Shown here: positions 1-6,424 of the stretch, in pieces
Position numbering within the stretch: position 1 is the first letter of the stretch
Layout: each line of letters begins with the position of its first letter
DNA from: Bernardetiaceae bacterium
GTDB taxonomy: Bacteria > Bacteroidota > Bacteroidia > Cytophagales > Thermoflexibacteraceae
DNA: 14,386 nt
Direction: 5' to 3'
NCBI GenBank assembly: GCA_025454895.1
Contig: JALONO010000095.1
Coordinates: 1 to 14,386 of the forward strand
Program-made: the position numbers and the translations under genes
Notes under the pieces: generated by a model
Told to the model about the DNA's origin: nothing
What the model saw: the letters and a program-made list of their open reading frames with translations, nothing else
The model's database searches: none

Positions 1-677
1 ACGATCACGTCAAAGTTCTCCGGGCTGTCGGCCAGTTTGGCCGCCCCGATGTCGACGATCCAGTGCTCCTTCTCTAACTCGGGGTATTCGGCCCCGATCT
101 CATCGAACACCTGATGAAACAGCCCATCGGTCATTTTCATGATGTTGTCCTTGGTAAAGCACGTTACCTTTTTGCGGCCGTTGGCCCGGGCGTACTCAAA
201 AGCGTAGCGCACAATTTTTTCGGTACCGGGCAGGGTAATGAGCTTGAGGCATTGGTACACCTGGTCGGTTTGGCGGTGCTCGATCCCGGCATAGAGGTCT
301 TCCTCGTTTTCGCGGATGATGACCACGTCCATCACCGGGTGCTTAGTGTCCACAAAGGGGTGGTAACTCACGCAGGGGCGCACGTTGGAGTACAGCCCCA
401 GGGTTTTGCGGGTGGTTACGTTGAGGCTTTTGAAACCACTGCCCTGCGGGGTGGTGATCGGGGCCTTCAAAAATACCTTGGTGCGGCGCAAACTTTCCCA
501 GGCACTGTCTTTAATGCCGGCCGAAACGCCGCTGAGGTACACTTTTTCGCCAATTTCAATTTCCTCGATGGCGATTTGGGCGCCCGCCGCCTGGATAATG
601 TCCAGGGTGGCCGCCATGATTTCCGGTCCGATGCCGTCGCCGTAGGCTACCGTGATCGGGGTTTTGGTTTGGGACAT
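1..677 (-). CDS. icd: NADP-dependent isocitrate dehydrogenase, N-terminal ~225 aa (gene continues past the left edge of the window)
   Basis: Reverse-complement translation from the ATG (complement of 675-677) gives MSQTKTPITVAYGDGIGPEIMAATLDII...KSLNVTTRKTLGLYSNVRPC...MDVVIIRENEEDLYAGIEH...TCFTKDNIMKMTDGLFHQVF. These match the GDGIGPEI nucleotide loop, the SLNV..R..L.LY.N.RP and IRENTE.LYAG motifs, and the HKGNIMK.TEGAF block that separates IDH from isopropylmalate dehydrogenase. The ORF has no stop before the window edge, so it is missing from the six-frame track. The + ORF 114..707 is its antisense shadow. Confidence 0.8.
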   Translation of the reverse strand, partial: MSQTKTPITVAYGDGIGPEIMAATLDIIQAAGAQIAIEEIEIGEKVYLSGVSAGIKDSAWESLRRTKVFLKAPITTPQGSGFKSLNVTTRKTLGLYSNVRPCVSYHPFVDTKHPVMDVVIIRENEEDLYAGIEHRQTDQVYQCLKLITLPGTEKIVRYAFEYARANGRKKVTCFTKDNIMKMTDGLFHQVFDEIGAEYPELEKEHWIVDIGAAKLADSPENFDVI

Positions 678-815
678 AAAAAGTGGATGGATTTTGCGAA
701 TGGTTAATCCAAGCAGAAACTATTTCTGGGTAGGGTTTGTTTTTTAAGGTGGCCAAAACTACTGGCTAAACGGCAACCTCCGCTTCTCCTAAGAAAATTT
801 AGCCTCGTTTTTGCT

Positions 816-1439
816 ATGGTTTTAGATGGAGCCGCTAACTTCGCGGCCGTTTCGGTCGAGCCACGTTTTATGAACGAAGAGATATTCCGCCCCGTCAGCT
901 ATTCGCGCACTACGGTGTCGGAACTCATGATCCCCGCCTATGCTAACTTTGGCGGAAAGATCCACGGGGGGCTGTTGCTCTCACTCATGGACAAAACGGC
1001 TTACGCCTGCGCCTCGAAACACTGCAGCGGCTACTGTGTAACCGTAAGCGTGGAAGGGGTCGAGTTTCTTCAACCAGTGGAAGTGGGCGAAATGGTTACG
1101 CTGTTCGCCTCGGTCAATTATGTGGGCAATTCGTCCATGTTGGTGGGTATTAAGGTAATTGCCGAAAACTTTCAGGCCGGCTCGGTAAAGCATACGAACA
1201 CTTCGTACTTTACCATGGTGGCCAAAGACGAAAATGGAAACTTACGCCCCGCCCCGGGGCTGATTTTGGAAACCCGCGATGATGTGCGGCGTTTTTTGGA
1301 AGCGATGAAACGCAAAGAACTGCGCCAACTTTACAAACGGGAACTTAACAACGCCAAAACAAATTTAGAGTTAGAGAGCGAGCTGCCCCACTTGGCCAAC
1401 GAGCGGTGCCGGTTGCTCCACCAGCAAGTATTGCAATGA
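816..1439 (+). CDS. acyl-CoA thioester hydrolase, hotdog fold (YciA/acyl-CoA hydrolase family). The likely real start is the ATG at 870 (MNEEIFRPV...)
   Basis: The translation contains the hotdog thioesterase core: ...ANFGGKIHGGLLLSLMDKTAYACASKH..VTVSVEGVEFLQPVEVGEMVTLFASVNYVGNSSMLVGIKV...FTMVAKDENG. A C-terminal helical tail follows. It lies divergent from icd, separated by a ~140-bp AT-richer spacer. Confidence 0.8.
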   Translation: MVLDGAANFAAVSVEPRFMNEEIFRPVSYSRTTVSELMIPAYANFGGKIHGGLLLSLMDKTAYACASKHCSGYCVTVSVEGVEFLQPVEVGEMVTLFASVNYVGNSSMLVGIKVIAENFQAGSVKHTNTSYFTMVAKDENGNLRPAPGLILETRDDVRRFLEAMKRKELRQLYKRELNNAKTNLELESELPHLANERCRLLHQQVLQ

Positions 1440-1705
1440 GACATTATATTTTGCTCATCTCTGGCAAGGTCCAGGGATGTCATTTCCGGGTGTCGGCCAA
1501 ATCGAAGGCCGAGTCGCTGGGCATTAAAGGTTTAGTCAAAAACTTACCCACGGGCGAAGTGTACGTGGAAGCCGAAGGCCCCGACGAAAGGTTAGAAGAA
1601 TTTGTACAATGGTGCGAAGAAGGCCCCTGTTTTGCTCAAGTTAAAAATGTGAACATCAAGGAAGTAGCCCTCAAAGGCTTCAAGTGCTTTGAGGTAGTGC
1701 GCTAA
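1436..1705 (+). CDS. acyP: acylphosphatase (89 aa from the ATG at 1436)
   Basis: MRHYILLISGKVQGCHFRVSAKSKAESLGIKGLVKNLPTGEVYVEAEGPDERLEEFVQWCEEGP..A.V fits the acylphosphatase signatures (V.G.VQGV.FR ... G..G.V.N...G.V). Its start overlaps the upstream stop as ATGA (1436-1439), implying translational coupling with the thioesterase gene. Confidence 0.8.
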   Translation: MRHYILLISGKVQGCHFRVSAKSKAESLGIKGLVKNLPTGEVYVEAEGPDERLEEFVQWCEEGPCFAQVKNVNIKEVALKGFKCFEVVR

Positions 1706-3285
1706 TCACCGTCCGGGCCGGTAGGCACCACCATCAGCACCTGCTCTTGGTCCACTACCACAGCCCCCTCGGCTAGCCCCTTGGGCTTGCGCACGTACTT
1801 TTTAGGGGTGTAGATGACCGGGCACAGGCTATCGGTTTTGCGCTTGGAGAACCAGGCCGCCAACTGGGCCGCCCGCTCGATGACCGGGGCCGGGAAATTG
1901 CGCCCCGCCTGGTGCTTCACTACCACGTGGCTGCCCGCCACGTCGCGTGCGTGGAGCCACAAATCTTCTTTGTAGGCGTACTTTTGGGTGAGCAGGTCGT
2001 TGTTGCGGGCGTTGCGGCCCACCCAAACCTGGTAGCCGTCCACCTCGAACCGACGAAAAGGGAACACCTCGGCCTCGGTTTCGCGGGGGGCCAGGCCCTC
2101 TGCCTTGGCGTAACGGCGCAAGTCCTTTGTGCGGTCCACCTGCTGTAAACCAGCTAACTGAGCGTTTAGCTTGGCCAACTCAGCCTGTTTTTGGGCTAGG
2201 TTTTGCTGCAACCGAGCCACCTCGACTCCGTGGTTTTTGCCCTTGCGGTAATACACTGCGGCGTTCTTGGCCGGGCTTAGCTGGGTATTGAGCTTGATGG
2301 TCAGCGGCTGGTTATGGTAAAAATCGAACAGTTCCACGCTGGCCGCCCGGGCGGGTACTTGGTGCAAGTTGGCCATTAAAATATTGGCGATTTCTTCGTA
2401 ACGGTTCTCCAACTCGAGCTCGATCAGTCTTTCTTCCCCTTTTTGCAGGTAGGCCGCCACTTTTTGTTGCTGTTTTTCCAGCCCGCGCCGCAGTTCCTGC
2501 TTTTCGGAGTGGAAGTAGTACTGCCGGGCCAGGTGGGTATAGTACTCGTTGAGAGCGGACACTACATCGGGGCTTTGCCACCAGTCGGTGGGGTCGGCTG
2601 GGGGCAGCAGGCTAAACTGAGGGCCGGTGGCCTCGCTGCCGGTTACCCAAAACGTGGGGGCCTCTAACTGGGCCAGCAGTTCGGTGAGGCGGGGCCAATG
2701 TGCCTCGGCGGGCCGATTTTCCAGGTCGAGCCAGGCTTTCATAGCCCGGTCCAACGTGGGGAAGGTGGCCGCCAAGCCGTGCCGGGCCAAGCCCTCGGCG
2801 GTTTGGTCCAGCGGGCGATCCAGTTCGTCCAACCGCAAGCCCCAGTCTTTGGCCAGCTTTTGGTGGAACAGTTCGGTGGGCCGCCACTGCCCCGTCTCGT
2901 CCGCCTCGAACAGTACCAGGTTAGCCCGCTGGCCGTGCATTTTAAACAGCAGCACCCCGGCGGCAAAGTGGAACGAAAAACAACGCTCATTTAGGTAGAG
3001 CCTTAACCCTTGCAGCGGCTGGCCCAGCAGCGGCCTAAACAGATCCACGCTGTTTTGCCTAGCCCGTCGGTAATCAGCGGGGAAACTGAGGCAACAGAAA
3101 TCGGGGGCGAGGTTGGCCCGCAGGTAAAAATCCGGGCCGGCTGGGTCGGGGGCGGCCCAGCCCATCACCAGTTCGTCGCGGTTTTGGCTAAAGCACTCGG
3201 CCAGGGTGCGGCCCACCAGCACCGGCTCCAGGGCGGCCACCAGGGCTTTGAGGGTGTAATAATTGTTTTGTTGCATGGTGGACAA
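1702..3285 (-). CDS. NFACT-family protein with a C-terminal NFACT-R/DUF814 domain (RqcH/Rqc2/FbpA-like ribosome-quality-control factor)
   Basis: The 527-aa N-terminus (YYTLKALVAALEPVLVGRTLAECFSQNRDELVM) resembles the NFACT-N domain. The central region (residues ~250-400) has a long predicted coiled coil. The C-terminus (...EDLWLHARDVAGSHVVVKHQAGRNFPAPVIERAAQLAAWFSKRK) matches the DUF814 'HA.d.PGSHVvl' signature. Its stop (CTA at 1702-1704) overlaps the acyP stop (TAA at 1703-1705), so the two genes converge. Confidence 0.6.
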   Translation of the reverse strand: MSTMQQNNYYTLKALVAALEPVLVGRTLAECFSQNRDELVMGWAAPDPAGPDFYLRANLAPDFCCLSFPADYRRARQNSVDLFRPLLGQPLQGLRLYLNERCFSFHFAAGVLLFKMHGQRANLVLFEADETGQWRPTELFHQKLAKDWGLRLDELDRPLDQTAEGLARHGLAATFPTLDRAMKAWLDLENRPAEAHWPRLTELLAQLEAPTFWVTGSEATGPQFSLLPPADPTDWWQSPDVVSALNEYYTHLARQYYFHSEKQELRRGLEKQQQKVAAYLQKGEERLIELELENRYEEIANILMANLHQVPARAASVELFDFYHNQPLTIKLNTQLSPAKNAAVYYRKGKNHGVEVARLQQNLAQKQAELAKLNAQLAGLQQVDRTKDLRRYAKAEGLAPRETEAEVFPFRRFEVDGYQVWVGRNARNNDLLTQKYAYKEDLWLHARDVAGSHVVVKHQAGRNFPAPVIERAAQLAAWFSKRKTDSLCPVIYTPKKYVRKPKGLAEGAVVVDQEQVLMVVPTGPDGD

Positions 3286-3341
3286 AAGGGCGCAGCAGGC
3301 CGCGCGAGGGGAGGGCCGTTGGCACGGCCCTTCTGGTGGTT

Positions 3342-4598
3342 TTACTTGTTCTGCTTGCTGATGGTGAGAAAGTTAGCCACCCATTGGAACCCAACGAAAC
3401 CAAGCAGAAAAATTCCGGCCAAGATGTTAAAAGGCACGCCGGTGGCAAAAGTGAGGGCAATGGCCCCCAGGCCCACCACCGCCAGCCCTGCCGTGAAAGC
3501 AGGCAGCAACCAGCGGGACTTGGTTTTGGCAAACAATGACCCGCAAGGCAACATCATGGCCAGGCCAAATGTCCCCCAGACCAGAAAGCCAGGATGGCCA
3601 AACCCCAGAAACAGCAGCCCGCCCACCAAACCCAACCCCAAGCTGGCCGCCACAAAATTGGAACTGCGGATTTCTTCTTGGTCGAGCAGGTGGCGGCCGT
3701 ACTTGTTGAACCGCAGCAGCAAATTGCCAATGGGGCGGATAATCCAGGTGGAGAACGCTACCACGGCCAGCAAAATGGCCAGCGGGGTTAGGGCGGGCAC
3801 CGCGCGCGCCACCCGCGAGAGCAGGTAAAACCCGATGATAACACCCCACTGGTACTTGCTGGTCAAATTACCGAGCCAGAACGAGTATTTGAGGTACCAG
3901 CGGTACATCCAGTTGTGGGCCTTGAGGGCCTCGGCCATCCCGGCCTGGGCCAGTTCAAAACTGGGGTCGATTTTGAGGGCTTCCTTAAAATGCTCCAGGG
4001 CTTGCTTGGGCTGGCCGTTTTCCAATAGCCCCCAGCCGTAATTGGCGTGGGTGAAGGCGTTGTTGGGGTCGTGCCGCAAGGCTCCCGCAATGGTAGCAAA
4101 CGAGCCGGATTGGTCGTTGAGTTTGAGCTGGGCCGTGCTGCGCAGGTTAAGGGCCAGCAGGTTTTCCGGGTTCAGTTCCAGGGCCTGGTTGGCCAACCGC
4201 AGGGCTTCGGCATATTGCTTGCGGTCCAGTTTGAGCCAGGCCCAAGTGGCCGGGTATTCCGCTTGCGAGGGATCCAGTTCCACCGCGCGGGCGATGCTAG
4301 CCTCGGCCTCGTCGTAGCGGTCGCGGTGCATCAAGGCCCGCGCCTGCACGTCGTACAAATGGGGCAGGTCTGGGGCCAGGCCCAAGGCGTTTTGGGACAG
4401 TTCCAAGGCCCGGTCGGCTTGGTCCAGTTGCAAGTACACCTCGGCCAGCAAGGTGAGGGCATACACGTCGTGGGGCGCACTGGCCAGGGCGTTTTTGAGC
4501 ATTTGCTCGGCCTCGGGGTACTTTTTTTGCTGGATCAGAATTTCGGCCCGTTCTATTATGGCATCGGTCATCATATTACATACAGTTAAAGGCCGCAT
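3342..4598 (-). CDS. tetratricopeptide-repeat protein with a C-terminal polytopic membrane domain. An alternative start is the MM doublet at 4574
   Basis: Residues ~10-230 form tandem 34-aa TPR-like units (...YALTLLAEVYLQLDQADRALELSQNALGLAPDLPH..., ...EALRLANQALELNPEN..., ...ALEHFKEALKIDPSF...). Residues ~240-418 contain four or more hydrophobic helices (LLAVVAFSTWII, SLGLGLVGGLLFLGFG, LLPAFTAGLAVVGLGAIALTFATG, ILAGIFLLGFVGFQWV). It starts 7 bp downstream of the AAA ATPase gene on the same strand, so the two are probably co-transcribed. Confidence 0.6.
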   Translation of the reverse strand: MRPLTVCNMMTDAIIERAEILIQQKKYPEAEQMLKNALASAPHDVYALTLLAEVYLQLDQADRALELSQNALGLAPDLPHLYDVQARALMHRDRYDEAEASIARAVELDPSQAEYPATWAWLKLDRKQYAEALRLANQALELNPENLLALNLRSTAQLKLNDQSGSFATIAGALRHDPNNAFTHANYGWGLLENGQPKQALEHFKEALKIDPSFELAQAGMAEALKAHNWMYRWYLKYSFWLGNLTSKYQWGVIIGFYLLSRVARAVPALTPLAILLAVVAFSTWIIRPIGNLLLRFNKYGRHLLDQEEIRSSNFVAASLGLGLVGGLLFLGFGHPGFLVWGTFGLAMMLPCGSLFAKTKSRWLLPAFTAGLAVVGLGAIALTFATGVPFNILAGIFLLGFVGFQWVANFLTISKQNK

Positions 4599-4605
4599 TG
4601 CGCCG

Positions 4606-5940
4606 TTACTTCTTGATTTTGAGGTAGGTCAAAATATCGTCATACAAACCGGCCTCGTTGGCGAACAGGGCAAAATTTTTGGCCGTGGCAAACCACTCCT
4701 GGGTGGTGGGACGATGTTTTTTGGCGGCGGCCAGTAAATCGTTGGTAGTCAGGGGCTTGGGTACACCGTCCAAAAACGCTGCCTCGAGCTTGGCCTCAAT
4801 GGCAATGTCCACCAGGGCTTCCAAGTCGGCCCCGGAGTAGTGTTCTAGCTTCTTGGCCAAGCTCTTAGCATCGATGCCCTCGGTGGGCTTTTGCTTGAGT
4901 TTGAGGTGCAAAATGGCCTCGCGGGCGGCCTCGTCGGGTGGGGGCACGAAAACGATCCGGTCGAACCGGCCTGGCCGCCGGAACGCCGGGTCCAGGTGCC
5001 ACGGGGTGTTGGTGGCGCCCAGCACCAAAATGCCTTCGTTGCTGCTGTCGATGCCGTCGAGTTCCTGCAAAAACTGGTTGATCAAGTGCCGCCCCGCCGA
5101 CTGCTTCATGTCGCTGCGGCTGGCCCCCAGGGCATCAATCTCATCGATAAACAGCACGCAGGGCGTGTTTTGGCGGGCCAACTCGAACACTTGGTGCAGG
5201 TTTTTCTCGCTATTGCCGATCCACATGTCCAAAATATCGTTGAGCCGGATGTTGATAAAAGTGGCCTTGACCTGCCCGGCGGTGGCTTTGGCCAGGTAGG
5301 TTTTACCGCAGCCGGGCGGGCCGTAAAGCAAAATGCCCCCGCCGATTTTTTTGCCGTAGGCTTTATAAAGCTCCGGGTGGAGCAGCGGCTTGATGATTTT
5401 TAGCTCGATTTCCTTCTTGACCGAGGCCATGCCGCCCACATCGGCGAAACCAAGGCTGGGGATTTGCATAAAAACCCGGCCGGGGGCCTGGCCTTCGGCC
5501 TCCTCGTCCTCGTCGCTGGTGGGGGGCAGCGGGGCCGAGGGGTGGGGCACCCGTAGCTGCTGGTCCAGCTCTTCGTCGCGGAAGCCGGGGCGCAGCTCGA
5601 GGGCCTGCTGATACGCCCGCGTGGCCGGTTGCAAGGCCCCTTCCTTGAGCAGGGCCTTGGCGTGCAACACCAGGGCTTCAAAATCGGCCTGGCCCGCCGC
5701 CACCATTTCTTCCAAAATCACGTTGCACTTGGAGTACTCGCCTTGGTGGTAAAACACGCTGGCCAGCCCGGTGCGGTAGCGCGGCGCGGGCGATAGCTGC
5801 ATCAACTCGGCAAACTCCTTTTCGGCCTCGGCCAAGCGGTTGGCCTTGATCAGCATCTCGGCCAAGTGGAGTTTCAGGGGCAGGTTGTCGGGCGAAAATT
5901 TGAGGGCCTCCCGCAGGCTGTTCAGGGCTTGGTCGTCCAT
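4606..5940 (-). CDS. classical-clade AAA ATPase with an N-terminal TPR-like helical domain and an acidic linker
   Basis: Walker A is ILLYGPPGCGKTYLAKA and Walker B is VLFIDEIDAL. The second region of homology is LVLGATNTPWHLDPAFRRPGRFDRIVFVPPP, which is typical of the FtsH/CDC48/Vps4 classical AAA clade. The N-terminal ~130 aa are TPR-like repeats, followed by an acidic PPTSDEDEEAEGQ linker. It is transcribed divergently from the MVP gene. Confidence 0.8.
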   Translation of the reverse strand: MDDQALNSLREALKFSPDNLPLKLHLAEMLIKANRLAEAEKEFAELMQLSPAPRYRTGLASVFYHQGEYSKCNVILEEMVAAGQADFEALVLHAKALLKEGALQPATRAYQQALELRPGFRDEELDQQLRVPHPSAPLPPTSDEDEEAEGQAPGRVFMQIPSLGFADVGGMASVKKEIELKIIKPLLHPELYKAYGKKIGGGILLYGPPGCGKTYLAKATAGQVKATFINIRLNDILDMWIGNSEKNLHQVFELARQNTPCVLFIDEIDALGASRSDMKQSAGRHLINQFLQELDGIDSSNEGILVLGATNTPWHLDPAFRRPGRFDRIVFVPPPDEAAREAILHLKLKQKPTEGIDAKSLAKKLEHYSGADLEALVDIAIEAKLEAAFLDGVPKPLTTNDLLAAAKKHRPTTQEWFATAKNFALFANEAGLYDDILTYLKIKK

Positions 5941-6424
5941 ACACTAGTACTTGAATGACTAAATGATTATTATCCTTGGTTATCAATTATTTATAACATC
6001 ACTAATCCGTAATCTCTACTTGATTTTGACATGATTGACCATGAAAAGCCGAGGATTTTTAGCGACTGATTGCCGCCGGGGCCAGCCGTTTTGTCCACAA
6101 AGGAAACGCCTACGGGCCGGATTTTGGTATTTTCCCCGGATTGGCCCAGGGCAAGTGTCCTTGTTTGGCGTTTTTAGCGGACGATCAACTGGCTTGGTTT
6201 GGCGGATGGAGGGCCATTCACGGATTAATCTTGAAAAACTTTCATCCTAAAATATTCAAAGTCAATATTTTACTTTTTCTCCCCAAATAAATTTAGGTAA
6301 AGTGTATGTAAAACACGAACCTTCGTGTAAAATTTACGTTAATGATTGTGTCAGACTAACTCAACCAGACCGCTTTAACCAAAGCAACCGCTCAATCATT
6401 TACCTAAAAAAACCAACCCTTTTT
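5941..6424. promoter_or_regulatory. divergent promoter / long leader region between the AAA-ATPase operon (-) and the MVP gene (+)
   Basis: The 484-bp non-coding spacer has two AT-rich flanks (5941-6035 and 6236-6424), each with TTG/TAnnTTT-like Bacteroidota promoter elements. They bracket a GC-rich ~200-bp core (6040-6235) that carries the direct repeat CCGGATT(N13)CCGGATT at 6117-6143. No exact promoter consensus match is claimed. Confidence 0.35.

Noticed and set aside
114-707. 197-aa + ORF in the six-frame track (also 385..645 + and 556..756 -)
   Set aside because: Antisense or out-of-frame shadow of the minus-strand icd gene. The translation is low-complexity (G/A/V/H-rich) with no motifs, whereas the opposite strand gives a textbook IDH N-terminus.
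3313-3330. Short hairpin GGGCCG-ttggca-CGGCCC between the TPR-membrane gene stop and the NFACT gene start
   Set aside because: The stem is only 6 bp and no U-tract follows on the transcribed (minus) strand, so it is too weak to call a terminator.
4047-4589. 180-aa + ORF and neighbouring + ORFs (3010..3828, 4453..4737, 4891..5403, 4853..5299)
   Set aside because: GC-rich antisense shadows of the minus-strand NFACT, TPR-membrane and AAA-ATPase genes. They are G/V/Q/P-rich with no domains, while the minus-strand products have clear TPR, TM and Walker motifs.
6035-6250. 71-aa TTG-start ORF in the MVP upstream region
   Set aside because: It is basic and featureless, it starts at a non-ATG codon, and it coincides with the GC-rich core of an intergenic region. 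It is treated as part of the regulatory or leader region rather than a gene.
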